Of a DNA stretch of 64,000 nucleotides, positions 15,138 to 24,350 are shown one piece after another. A program made the position numbers and the translations under genes. The stretch lies in the IMG/VR virus record IMGVR_UViG_3300031951_000032, one strand, 5' to 3'. Positions within the stretch are counted from its first letter, which is position 1. Each line of letters begins with the position of its first letter. The stretch is from an uncultured virus (IMG/VR IMGVR_UViG_3300031951_000032) (taxonomy: Duplodnaviria > Heunggongvirae > Uroviricota > Caudoviricetes). The notes under the pieces are model-generated. The model made no database searches, had not been told where the DNA came from, and worked only from the letters and a program-made list of their open reading frames with translations.

Positions 15138-15558
15138 AAAGCTATACTCCGAAATATTTGAGGAGTTCGAAAAATTAACAACCAAACAAGAACGAATAAA
15201 CTTTTTACGCAGTGAAGGCGATGAACGTTTTCGTTTCTTTCTCCAATTAGTATTCAATCCTGCCATAGAGTTTGATATTGCGCTGCCTGATCGGTATCGA
15301 CCAGCAAAAGAACCCGCTGGTTTGAACTATGCTTATCTGGACACACAGATGCCGAAAATGTATCGGTTCATCAAGGATCATCCTATGCGACCAGAAGGAT
15401 TTACCGCAGAAAAGACTACACAACAACTTTTAGTTATGATAGAATCTTTACATAAAGATGAGGCTGCCATCATTCTTGATGTTCTACAAAAAAGATTCAA
15501 AGTAAAACAACTTACCGCCAATTTGGTTAAAGAAGCATTTCCTGATTTAGCAATATGA
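15127..15558 (+). CDS. conserved T4-like hypothetical protein
   Basis: ESLH.DEA...VKEAFP motif; position after rnh. Confidence 0.75.
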   Translation: MSSEKLYSEIFEEFEKLTTKQERINFLRSEGDERFRFFLQLVFNPAIEFDIALPDRYRPAKEPAGLNYAYLDTQMPKMYRFIKDHPMRPEGFTAEKTTQQLLVMIESLHKDEAAIILDVLQKRFKVKQLTANLVKEAFPDLAI

Positions 15559-15995
15559 AAATAGTCGTTGTCTCTGGTGGATTTGATCCCATCCATTCGG
15601 GTCATCTTGCCTTGTTGCGTGAAGCATCGGGCATGGGTGACAAACTTATCGTAGGTGTAAACTCTGATGCATGGCTCACACGTAAGAAGGGTAAGCCATT
15701 CATGAATATTCACGAACGCAAAGCCATACTTGAATCAATTCGTTGGGTTGACGAAGTGTGGGAGTTTGATGATTCTGATGACACCGCATGTGAGTTACTT
15801 TATCGTGTAAGAAATCATTTCAATCAAACACTTCCGATTTTATCAAACTATTCAATCTGGTTTGCAAATGGTGGTGACCGCAACGAAACTAATAATGCGG
15901 AAGCAAGTGTACCAAATATCAACTTTGTGTATGGTGTAGGTGGCAGCAATAAAAAGAACTCTTCTTCTTGGTTACTAAGGAGTTGGAATGAGTGA
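15555..15995 (+). CDS. cytidylyltransferase-like nucleotidyltransferase
   Basis: SGGFDPIHSGH (HxGH), VGVNSD, FANGGDR, SSS motifs. Confidence 0.88.
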   Translation: MKIVVVSGGFDPIHSGHLALLREASGMGDKLIVGVNSDAWLTRKKGKPFMNIHERKAILESIRWVDEVWEFDDSDDTACELLYRVRNHFNQTLPILSNYSIWFANGGDRNETNNAEASVPNINFVYGVGGSNKKNSSSWLLRSWNE

Positions 15996-16134
15996 CGGCG
16001 GAAAAGGTTCTAAGCCCAGACCAATTGAAATACCACGTGAAAAATTTGAACAAAACTGGAATGCAATTTTTGGTAAAAAGGTGAAAAATGAAAGTAGCAG
16101 TCGTAACACCAACAATCGGCGCAAAAACACTTAG
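15988..16134 (+). CDS. small phage protein
   Basis: AAGGAG SD; MSDGGKGSKPRP...F..NW..IFGKK. Confidence 0.6.
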   Translation: MSDGGKGSKPRPIEIPREKFEQNWNAIFGKKVKNESSSRNTNNRRKNT

Positions 16135-16843
16135 ACAGTGTATTGAATCTGTTGAAGCACAAACATATGATGATGTGACACATTATATCGTTCTTGATGG
16201 TGAGGAAGAGCATGGCGACAAAATCTGGAATCAACTTCAAGTCCCATCAAAAGTCAAAACAATCCGTTTGCAAGAAAACATTGGCAAGGGTTGGTACGGT
16301 CATCGTGTATATGCTGCATGTGGTTATCTTGTCAATGCTGATGTTATATGTTACCTTGACGAGGACAATTGGTTTGAGCCTAATCATGTTGAGAAACTTG
16401 TTGAGAGAATCAAAAAGGGTGTTGATTGGGCATACTCACTCAGAAAGATAGTTGACAAAGAAGGTAATTTTGTTGCTGAAGACAATTGCGAATCGTTAGG
16501 TCAATGGCCAATTTATTTCAACAAAGATGCATTTCACATTGACACCTCATCGTTTATGGTGAAAGCAGACATTGCACGAAAAATTGGTCAAGCATGGTAT
16601 GGTCAATGGGGTGCAGATAGACAATTCTTCAATGCACTAAAACAATACTTTCCAAACTATTCATGCTCAAGGGAATATTCTTTGTGCTATCGTTTAGATG
16701 GTAATCCAAACTCAGTCAATGCCGAGTTCTTTGAAAAAGGTAATGCAGAAAACGAGAAACAATATCCTGATGGCTTTCCCTGGAAGCAGCAATTCAAAGA
16801 GGAATACATTGTGGGACCTGGAATAACGATTGTGAGTGGCTAA
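16088..16843 (+). CDS. glycosyltransferase family 2
   Basis: VVTPT, IESV.AQTY, YLDEDN (DxD). Confidence 0.88.
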   Translation: MKVAVVTPTIGAKTLRQCIESVEAQTYDDVTHYIVLDGEEEHGDKIWNQLQVPSKVKTIRLQENIGKGWYGHRVYAACGYLVNADVICYLDEDNWFEPNHVEKLVERIKKGVDWAYSLRKIVDKEGNFVAEDNCESLGQWPIYFNKDAFHIDTSSFMVKADIARKIGQAWYGQWGADRQFFNALKQYFPNYSCSREYSLCYRLDGNPNSVNAEFFEKGNAENEKQYPDGFPWKQQFKEEYIVGPGITIVSG

Positions 16844-17028
16844 TGTCAGAAACACATAAAAGAACGATAGCAAGAGCGGTCGTATGGAGAATTATTGCTA
16901 CGTTAGTCACGGCAGCATTTACAGGACTGTCTGGTGCAATCATAATTAACATTTTTATGACAATTGCACATTACATTCACGAAAGAGTGTGGCTAAAAGT
17001 TGAATGGGGAAAGATGAATGATAATTGA
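16843..17028 (+). CDS. DUF2061-like small membrane protein
   Basis: ETHKRTI..AV.WRIIA...HYIHERVW...WG. Confidence 0.75.
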   Translation: MSETHKRTIARAVVWRIIATLVTAAFTGLSGAIIINIFMTIAHYIHERVWLKVEWGKMNDN

Positions 17029-17509
17029 AGATACAAATCTTAAAGGCGTTAAACTTATCAAGCCAACGGTACATGAAGATTATCGTGGCACAAACATTGA
17101 AGCATGGCACAAAGATAATTATGCACAGTTGGGTGTGAACTTTATTCTTGACAGTATTTCTACCTCACGCCGACACACTCTGCGTGGCATTCATGGTGAT
17201 GATAGAACAACAAAATTAGTTTCTTGCTTACATGGTACAATCTATCAAATCGTAATTAATCTTGATGAAGATTCTGATCAATATGGTCAATGGCAAGAGT
17301 TTACACTATCAGACCGCAATGGTTATCAAGTGTTGTTACCACCAAAACACGGTAACGCACATTTGGTAATGTCTGAGCAATGTGTATTCAGTTATAAACT
17401 TGACCAATACTATGACCGTGCTTCACAGTATACGGTAAAGTGGAATGATGATCGTTTCAACATTTATTGGCCAATCAAAAACCCTATTCTTTCTGAAAGA
17501 GATAGATGA
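17018..17509 (+). CDS. rmlC: dTDP-4-dehydrorhamnose 3,5-epimerase family
   Basis: D.RG, LRGIH, KLVSC..G, WND..F.I.WP...ILSERD. Confidence 0.88.
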   Translation: MIIEDTNLKGVKLIKPTVHEDYRGTNIEAWHKDNYAQLGVNFILDSISTSRRHTLRGIHGDDRTTKLVSCLHGTIYQIVINLDEDSDQYGQWQEFTLSDRNGYQVLLPPKHGNAHLVMSEQCVFSYKLDQYYDRASQYTVKWNDDRFNIYWPIKNPILSERDR

Positions 17510-18468
17510 GAACAGCATTGGTAACTGGTGGTGCAGGTTATCTCGGAAGTCATTTGGCAAAAGCACTGAAAAAAGCAGGCTACACTACAGTCTGCTTTGA
17601 TATAAAATCGCCACGCAATATGGTCTATTGGAACGATGCGTTTATCGGCGATGTTCGTCAATCTACCTTGGAAAAGCCGTTCAATCAATATCAGATTGAT
17701 GTGGTGTTTCATCTGGCAGGCCGCATTGAAGTTGGTGAATCGGTTTTATATCCCGAAGAGTTTTGGGACATCAATGTGGGTGGCACATGCAACCTACTTA
17801 ACATAATGAGAAAATTTGATGTTAGTAATATTGTTTATTCTTCTACTGCCGGCGTTTATCGTTCTCAGTTTACCAGCCTCTCTGAGAAATCGGAAATAGA
17901 TAACAACAATCCGTATGCCAACAGCAAGTATGCTGCTGAGTGTGCGATTCGTGATGCAAAAGTGAATTCTATTATTTTTCGTTTCTTTAATTTGGCTGGT
18001 GCTGATCCTGACTGTGAGATGGGTGAAGACCATCATCCAGAAACACATTTGATTCCGCTAATGTTCAAAAGTCTAAATAACGAAAAGTTCATCGTATATG
18101 GAAATGATTATCAAACGGTAGATGGCACATGCATTCGTGACTACGTTCATGTGTGTGATGTTGCTGAAGCACATTTGTTGGCTGATGAATATTTACAGAA
18201 AAAAGGAAACAATCAACCTAGCCTATTCAATCTAGGCACTGGTAAAGGCTATACTGTACTACAAGTGATTGATGCTGCTAAACAGGAACTAGGCGTTCCA
18301 ATTCAATACACAATCGGTAAACGAAGAGAAGGTGACCCACGAAGGTTAGTCGCCAACTCTGATGCCGCCAAACATCATCTTAATTTCAAACCCAAGCATG
18401 ATTTAAAATCCATTTTGAGAACGGCGTATAATTGGTATGAGCGACAAAGAGAACGAAATACAATTTGA
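17506..18468 (+). CDS. galE: UDP-glucose 4-epimerase
   Basis: VTGGAGYLGSH, YANSK, PETHLIP, GTCIRDYVHV.D.A.AH. Confidence 0.9.
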   Translation: MRTALVTGGAGYLGSHLAKALKKAGYTTVCFDIKSPRNMVYWNDAFIGDVRQSTLEKPFNQYQIDVVFHLAGRIEVGESVLYPEEFWDINVGGTCNLLNIMRKFDVSNIVYSSTAGVYRSQFTSLSEKSEIDNNNPYANSKYAAECAIRDAKVNSIIFRFFNLAGADPDCEMGEDHHPETHLIPLMFKSLNNEKFIVYGNDYQTVDGTCIRDYVHVCDVAEAHLLADEYLQKKGNNQPSLFNLGTGKGYTVLQVIDAAKQELGVPIQYTIGKRREGDPRRLVANSDAAKHHLNFKPKHDLKSILRTAYNWYERQRERNTI

Positions 18469-18970
18469 ACACTATACTCATTTTTTGTCTGGTAGCATTG
18501 AGCCAGCAGTTATTGAGTCGGCATCACGCTGGTTGCTATATGCCAAGTTCAACAAGATTGAAAAGCCACTGACCTTGAACATCAACTCTGAGGGCGGCAA
18601 TCTGGGTGATGCAATAGGCCTTGCCGACTTAATGTTGGGTGTGGGCATGCCCGTTCGCACACTAGCGTATGGTAATCTAATGAGTGCTGCATTTGTAATA
18701 TTTGCTGCTGGTGAAAAAGGTTATCGTGCTGTAGGCAAAAACACGACAATCATGATTCACCAATTCAACGATGAAATGGGTGGCAAGTATCATGATATGC
18801 GGGCTTATGCCAAAGAGTGTGATAGGTATCATCACAAAATGGCAAAGATTCTTTCCGACTGTTCTAAACTGTCGGTCAAAGATGTAAAATCCAAGTTTCT
18901 ACGACCAACTGATGTTTGGCTGACCGCAGAAGACCTGGTAGAATATGGTATAGCAGATATTATCTTTTAG
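18437..18970 (+). CDS. ClpP-like protease subunit
   Basis: INSEGG, MSAA (Ser), IHQ (His), D.WLTA.....YGIAD. Confidence 0.85.
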   Translation: MSDKENEIQFEHYTHFLSGSIEPAVIESASRWLLYAKFNKIEKPLTLNINSEGGNLGDAIGLADLMLGVGMPVRTLAYGNLMSAAFVIFAAGEKGYRAVGKNTTIMIHQFNDEMGGKYHDMRAYAKECDRYHHKMAKILSDCSKLSVKDVKSKFLRPTDVWLTAEDLVEYGIADIIF

Positions 18971-18981
18971 GAGCAATAAAT

Positions 18982-19134
18982 ATGTTGTCTGGCGGTAAGA
19001 AATTTCAGAAACCGAAGAAAACCAAATTTCACAAAAACCGTGAGCAGTATGAGAATCATCCATTGAAGAATCAAAAGCATCATGATAAGTCTCTCTACCG
19101 CTTGCTCAAGCAGGAAAAAGATTATGTCATATAA
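18982..19134 (+). CDS. small basic hypothetical protein
   Basis: AGGAG SD, ATG 18982. Confidence 0.55.
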   Translation: MLSGGKKFQKPKKTKFHKNREQYENHPLKNQKHHDKSLYRLLKQEKDYVI

Positions 19135-19300
19135 AGAACAAATTAGAAAACGCATACGTGAACTTGAGGACAAGATTGCTGAGTCCAATGTAGACAAAGT
19201 TCAACTGGAAAGTCTGCGTTCCGAACTAGCCAGATTGAACATGCAGGAATTTGAAGAAGACCTGCGTTCCGAAGGTACACAACAACTCCTCAAAGGTTAA
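19124..19300 (+). CDS. small coiled-coil hypothetical protein
   Basis: AGGA SD; ...EFEED....QQLLKG. Confidence 0.6.
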   Translation: MSYKEQIRKRIRELEDKIAESNVDKVQLESLRSELARLNMQEFEEDLRSEGTQQLLKG

Positions 19301-19305
19301 GGTCA

Positions 19306-19341
19306 AGTCTCCTGTTCGTATAAATAAGCGAATAGGAGACT
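19306..19341 (+). promoter_or_regulatory. T4 late promoter in loop of SD-sequestering hairpin
   Basis: AGTCTCCTGTTCG-TATAAATAAG-CGAATAGGAGACT; 13-bp stem covers AGGAG. Confidence 0.8.
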
Positions 19342-19344
19342 ACT

Positions 19345-19914
19345 ATGCCATTAACAAGAATTCTAGCTGGTGCTTTGGCTGATGCTAATGTCACCACATC
19401 AAAATTGGCTGAGGCCAATGTTACCACATCAAAGCTAATTGATGCTGCCATTACTTCACCAAAGTTGGCACAAAATCTTAGCGTTTCCCTGACACGTGTT
19501 TTAGAAGAAGCAAACATTTCCACAATAGCGGTTGGTGGTAATGTTAATATTGACGTTGCTGATAGCACAGTGTATTTCTTTAATGCCAATACTACGGCCA
19601 ATGTAACATTCAATCTCCGTGCAAATAGCACACATACTTTTGACTCCGCAACTACGATTGGTGAAACTACTACAGTTGCCATAGCCGTAAAACACGGAAC
19701 TCAAAGACATTCGGCAAACCTACACATTGATGGTGGACTGATAACTGGTCAGTTTTCCGGTACTCCCAATTCCATATTTTATGCAGCGAATACAAGACCT
19801 GCAAGTATCTCTATCGTAAATGGTGAAGTAAATCTGTTCAGTTATTCTATTTTTAAAACGGCAGCAAATGCGTATACAGTAATTGCAGCAAATACTTTAT
19901 TTGGGTTGGGTTAA
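19345..19914 (+). CDS. virion structural / fibre-associated protein
   Basis: late promoter; VTTSKLA repeats. Confidence 0.7.
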   Translation: MPLTRILAGALADANVTTSKLAEANVTTSKLIDAAITSPKLAQNLSVSLTRVLEEANISTIAVGGNVNIDVADSTVYFFNANTTANVTFNLRANSTHTFDSATTIGETTTVAIAVKHGTQRHSANLHIDGGLITGQFSGTPNSIFYAANTRPASISIVNGEVNLFSYSIFKTAANAYTVIAANTLFGLG

Positions 19915-19916
19915 AA

Positions 19917-22394
19917 ATGCCTATTTTAGCATCTTTAAGTTCGAGTATTTTAGCATCATTTAAACTTATTGGAAGAGAGGTCTCTACAGGTTCTACAGTA
20001 AGTAGAATATTCACCACAACAGGAATATGGACTGTACCCTCAGGTGTCACTCGGGTGGATTATGTTGTTGTCGCCGGTGGAGGTGGAGGTGGCCGTGGAG
20101 GTGGAGGTGGCGGTGCTGGTGGTTATCTTACCGGCGCCAGTTTCGGTGTAACACCTCTAGAGACATATACCATCATAGTTGGTTCGGGTGGTGCAGGTGG
20201 AACATCCGATGCAACTGCTGCATCAAATGGAACGAATTCAGGATTTTATACATCGTCAACTTCACTATGGTCTATTGGCGGTGGTGGCGGTGGTGGAAGA
20301 ACACCATCCTCACCTACTCAAAACGGAGATGGTGCTTCTGGTGGTTCAGGGGGTGGTGCTGGTGTGGGGTTTACACGGAATGCCGGTTTAGGCACACCTG
20401 GCCAAGGGAATAATGGTGGTATAAATTGGGGTAGTAGTGGAAATTATGGTGCCGGTGGTGGTGGCGGTGCAGGTGCAGTTGGTGCAAATGGAACATCTAG
20501 TGTTGGTGGCAATGGTGGCGTAGGAATATTTTCAACATTTTCGGGATCAAACACAGGATATGCTGGTGGAGGTGGTGGGGGTGCTTTCCCAAGCACAGGT
20601 CCATCAGGTTTCGGTGGAACGGGTGGTGGTGGCAATGGAGGAACTCCAGCATCATTAACATCTGGAAGCACCAATAGAGGTGGTGGTGGAGGTGGAGGAA
20701 ACGATACAATTAATGGTGCGGCCGGTGGTTCAGGTGTTGTCATTTTTCGTTATACTGAACCGCTCACTGTCAACGGAATTTTTGTTTTTGCAAACACAGG
20801 ACAAATTGTTCTTCCTAATGATGTTACAACGATTGATTATCTCGTTGTTGCTGGTGGTGGCGGTGGCGGTAGTGGCGGAGGTGGAGCCGGAGGACTTAGA
20901 AGTGGTACGGGATATCCAGTAAGTTTAAGAACACAATTTACTGTGGTGGTTGGCGGTGGTGGTGCTTTTTCAACAGCAGGTTCGAATAGTGGATTCTTTT
21001 TAACTCCATCGGGTGGAAGCGCCATTTGGACAACTGGTGGTGGTCGTGCCGCAACCGGAGGAAACGGTGATGGTGCGGGTGGCTCAGGCGGTTCAGGTGG
21101 AGGTGCTTCGGGAGATGGTTGGCCAGGAAACTCTAGAGTAGGTGGCTCCGGTAATGCAGGAGGTTACAATCCACCCGAAGGTTATGGTGGTGGAAATGGC
21201 ACATTCTTTGGAGCGTTTAATGGAGGTGGTGCTGGTGGTGGCGGTGGTGCCGGTGCGGCAGGTGGTAGTGGATATGGACCGGGTGCCGACTTTGGTGGAA
21301 ATGGCGGCGTAGGAATATTCTCCACAATTTCAGGATCAAACACAGGATACGCTGGTGGTGGTGCCGGTTACACAAGAGCCGGACCAGCAGCACTCGGCGG
21401 CGCCGGTGGCGGTGGCAATAGCAACCAACCTTCACCTGCACTTCCTGCTGCTAATGGAGTATCTCAAACTGGTGGTGGTGGCGGTGGTGGTAGCGGTGGA
21501 ACAACTGGCGGTGGCGGCATTGTAATTATTAGAGCGAATCGTCCACAAAATAATTTTGTAATCTTTAATTCTACTGGAACATTTGCTCCACCTACAGGAG
21601 TCACTAATATAGAATATCTTGTGATTGCTGGTGGTGGCGGCGGAGGCGGAGGCACACCTGGCGGCAGAAGCGGTGGCGGAGGTGGCGCTGGTGGTGTACT
21701 ATCGGGTTCCGGACTTTCTGTAAACTCTGAGATCACATATACAATTACAGTTGGTGGTGGAGGAGGAGTTTCAACTAACGGAACAAATTCATCAATTGTT
21801 GGACCAACACCATTTTCAAATGTAACTTCAATAGGTGGTGGCACCGGCGGCGGTAATGTGCAGGCGGGTGGACAAAATGGTGGTTCAGGTGGTGGAGGTA
21901 GGGCGGGTCCTTCTGGTACCGGTGGTGGCGCCGGGGTTTATCCTGGATCACCGTGGAATAGTGGAACACGACAAGGCTTCAATGGTGGGGATGGACTTGG
22001 CACTAGTGAGCCTTATAATGCTGGTGGTGGCGGTGGTGCCGGTGGTGTGGGCGGTGGTGCTTTTGATGCCAACGGAGGTATCGGTATTTTCTCTTCAATC
22101 ACTGGTGCTAATGTTGCATATGCTGGTGGCGGTGGTGGTGGCAGAAACGCTAACCCTTCACCAAATCCTCAAATGGGTCGGGGTGGTGGTGGCTACGCTT
22201 CTTATTCAAGCGGTTCACCTTGGTTAGGAACTCCTTTTGGTGGTGCAAATGGTGCCGTTGCTGGAGTAATAAGTCAGGCAGCTTCAGCAGCTATCAATAA
22301 TACTGGCGGCGGTGGTGGAGGTTATGCTCAACAAGGTGGACAAGCCGCCAGTGCCGGTGGTTCAGGTGTTGTTATTGTCAAATGGAGTACATAA
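19917..22394 (+). CDS. glycine-rich repeat virion protein (three modules)
   Basis: three copies of F..TG....P.GVT.I.Y.V.AGGGGG...GGSG.VI. Confidence 0.8.
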   Translation: MPILASLSSSILASFKLIGREVSTGSTVSRIFTTTGIWTVPSGVTRVDYVVVAGGGGGGRGGGGGGAGGYLTGASFGVTPLETYTIIVGSGGAGGTSDATAASNGTNSGFYTSSTSLWSIGGGGGGGRTPSSPTQNGDGASGGSGGGAGVGFTRNAGLGTPGQGNNGGINWGSSGNYGAGGGGGAGAVGANGTSSVGGNGGVGIFSTFSGSNTGYAGGGGGGAFPSTGPSGFGGTGGGGNGGTPASLTSGSTNRGGGGGGGNDTINGAAGGSGVVIFRYTEPLTVNGIFVFANTGQIVLPNDVTTIDYLVVAGGGGGGSGGGGAGGLRSGTGYPVSLRTQFTVVVGGGGAFSTAGSNSGFFLTPSGGSAIWTTGGGRAATGGNGDGAGGSGGSGGGASGDGWPGNSRVGGSGNAGGYNPPEGYGGGNGTFFGAFNGGGAGGGGGAGAAGGSGYGPGADFGGNGGVGIFSTISGSNTGYAGGGAGYTRAGPAALGGAGGGGNSNQPSPALPAANGVSQTGGGGGGGSGGTTGGGGIVIIRANRPQNNFVIFNSTGTFAPPTGVTNIEYLVIAGGGGGGGGTPGGRSGGGGGAGGVLSGSGLSVNSEITYTITVGGGGGVSTNGTNSSIVGPTPFSNVTSIGGGTGGGNVQAGGQNGGSGGGGRAGPSGTGGGAGVYPGSPWNSGTRQGFNGGDGLGTSEPYNAGGGGGAGGVGGGAFDANGGIGIFSSITGANVAYAGGGGGGRNANPSPNPQMGRGGGGYASYSSGSPWLGTPFGGANGAVAGVISQAASAAINNTGGGGGGYAQQGGQAASAGGSGVVIVKWST

Positions 22395-22402
22395 AATAAA
22401 AT

Positions 22403-22452
22403 TGTTGTAGAAATACAACACGCTTGACAGAAGGTAGGGTTTCTGGTATACT
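22403..22452 (+). promoter_or_regulatory. sigma70-type promoter with upstream palindromic operator
   Basis: TGTTGTA-GAAA-TACAACA (22403-22420), TTGACA-17-TATACT. Confidence 0.8.
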
Positions 22453-22461
22453 ATATGTACT

Positions 22462-22818
22462 ATGAAAACTCTACCTTCTGTTGGTTCGACAGTCACCGTA
22501 GATTGTCAATATATTACTAAAGCGACAACTTTTACAGGTGTCGTGGTCAAACCATATCGTTGGCTAGATGCTAACGAATTCTGTTTACAAACTGATAGCA
22601 AAGAATTTCCAATATCAGTTATCAATCTTGCAAATGTTGTCAATCTGAAAATACTTAAAGGTACGACAACAAATATCCGCAAGTTCAAAGTTGCCGGTAC
22701 AAAAGGTGAATATTTGGTAACATTGTCAAATGAGCATTTTTCTTGTTCCTGCATTGGTTTCAAATATCACAACAAATGTAAGCATATCACAAAGGTAAAA
22801 GAGAAAATTACCTCTTGA
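22462..22818 (+). CDS. SWIM zinc-finger protein
   Basis: Y.VT.....SCSC.GF.....CKHI. Confidence 0.8.
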   Translation: MKTLPSVGSTVTVDCQYITKATTFTGVVVKPYRWLDANEFCLQTDSKEFPISVINLANVVNLKILKGTTTNIRKFKVAGTKGEYLVTLSNEHFSCSCIGFKYHNKCKHITKVKEKITS

Positions 22819-22843
22819 CAAGTGGCTCAACCCTTGATATAAT
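22815..22843 (+). promoter_or_regulatory. sigma70-type promoter
   Basis: TTGACA-17-TATAAT. Confidence 0.8.
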
Positions 22844-22852
22844 GGTATTGTT

Positions 22853-23245
22853 ATGATGATCCGTATCTATTCCAGTTCAAAGAAAAAGAAGTTGACAAAG
22901 AAGCAATTGCAAGAACAGCAAGACTTTATTGCTTCGGTCAACAAGATTCCACTGCCTTCTGGTGGTCGGTTTCCTGCTGCTGCACCTAAGAAAGTCACGG
23001 CTAAGCCACTGATGCCGAGTCGTGTGGTACGCAGCACCAAGCACATTCCGAGTCTTCCAGACACACACAAGGGTGCTTTGACTAAGACTGGTATTATGAA
23101 AGATTTCCACAAACTCACCGCTTCCGACCGTGAGATTGTGGCTGATGTTGCATCCTGTACGGCACCAATGCACAAGGGTAATTATGTCTATGTTACTCCT
23201 GGCATGAATCCTGCGGGTCTTGGTCGGAAAAACGAGGTACTGTAA
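22853..23245 (+). CDS. conserved T4-like basic hypothetical protein
   Basis: APMHKGNYVYV motif. Confidence 0.7.
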   Translation: MMIRIYSSSKKKKLTKKQLQEQQDFIASVNKIPLPSGGRFPAAAPKKVTAKPLMPSRVVRSTKHIPSLPDTHKGALTKTGIMKDFHKLTASDREIVADVASCTAPMHKGNYVYVTPGMNPAGLGRKNEVL

Positions 23246-23309
23246 TGCTTGCCAAAGTTTCAGTACCATGTTATCATATAGTTTCATTCGTTGAATAGGA
23301 GTTTTTATT

Positions 23310-23747
23310 ATGGCACGTACCAAATCAGGCGCTTTGCCTCCTTTTGTCAAACTGTTGACACTGTTGCAAGAAGGTGATGTTGTTACTAAAGATGAGATTG
23401 AATCTAAACTTGGTAGCGATATCTATACCTATCGTTTGTCAACCTATATCTGGCACATCAAAACCAATACTGATGGTGTTGTGAAAGTCATCAAAGATGG
23501 TCGTAATGTGACTGGCTATCAGATTACAAATCCTCAAGTTATCAAAGACTATCTAAAGTCTGTTGGTGCTGAGTCGTTTGTTCCTGGTCAGGTTACATTG
23601 AAACCTTCTGCCAGTAAGTTTGCAAGCAAGCCAGTGAAATCGTTGGCTGCTCTGAAAGCAAAACCTGCTAAGGCTGCAAAACCTGCTAAGGTTGCAGCAC
23701 CAGTTGCACCTGTGATTGAGGATGAAGTAACCGAAATCACCGAATAA
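23310..23747 (+). CDS. putative DNA-binding protein (winged-helix-like, K/A/P-rich tail)
   Basis: AGGAG SD; upstream TTGCCA-17-TATCAT; KPAKAAKPAK tail. Confidence 0.65.
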   Translation: MARTKSGALPPFVKLLTLLQEGDVVTKDEIESKLGSDIYTYRLSTYIWHIKTNTDGVVKVIKDGRNVTGYQITNPQVIKDYLKSVGAESFVPGQVTLKPSASKFASKPVKSLAALKAKPAKAAKPAKVAAPVAPVIEDEVTEITE

Positions 23748-23848
23748 TCAGTTTCGGGGTGGCTGCCGTCAGCGGTGCAATAGGCTAGCCATTAAACAAC
23801 AATGAATGTCGGGAGACATCCACGTGCCCCATCTTTTATGAGGTGAAA

Positions 23849-24091
23849 ATGTCAAAACTTAAACAGTGGCTTGCGGCCAAGTATCTACAACTTGAGCAAC
23901 AGGCCGTTGATGCTATTGGCACTGCCAATTTTTATGGTAATTTATTTACTGATAGACAGAAGTTTAATATCGTAGTATTTTTTATGGGATTGTTTGCACT
24001 TTCTGGTTTACATGGTGCAGTTCAATTCATTGCGCTGGTTTATATTATGAGTAAGATGACACCGGAGGATAAAGATGAAGATAAAAAGTAA
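23849..24091 (+). CDS. small membrane protein
   Basis: GAGGTG SD; hydrophobic C-terminal half. Confidence 0.6.
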   Translation: MSKLKQWLAAKYLQLEQQAVDAIGTANFYGNLFTDRQKFNIVVFFMGLFALSGLHGAVQFIALVYIMSKMTPEDKDEDKK

Positions 24092-24350
24092 ATTGTTTTT
24101 TCTTGCGCCGTTATTGCTTCTGACGGCGTGTGGCACCACTGTTCGTGATCCTGTTATGAATCCACGAAGCCTGAACGATCAAGAACTGCTGCGTGAGAAA
24201 ATTGTTCGTGTTGAACAGTTGGAACGTGAAATGGAACGCCGTGAGTCAGAACTCAAGTATCAGCACTTGAAAGAACTCACACATTTGCAAATTCAACAAA
24301 AAAATCGTCCTTCTGAAGGTCATGTAAGTTGTAAATTCTTTTGCTTCTGA
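24075..24350 (+). CDS. putative lipoprotein
   Basis: signal peptide with LTAC lipobox, then coiled coil. Confidence 0.7.
   Translation: MKIKSKLFFLAPLLLLTACGTTVRDPVMNPRSLNDQELLREKIVRVEQLEREMERRESELKYQHLKELTHLQIQQKNRPSEGHVSCKFFCF

Noticed and set aside
20027..22227. Alternative-frame and antisense Pro/His-rich ORFs
   Set aside because: Artefacts of GGT/GGC glycine runs in the 825-aa gene
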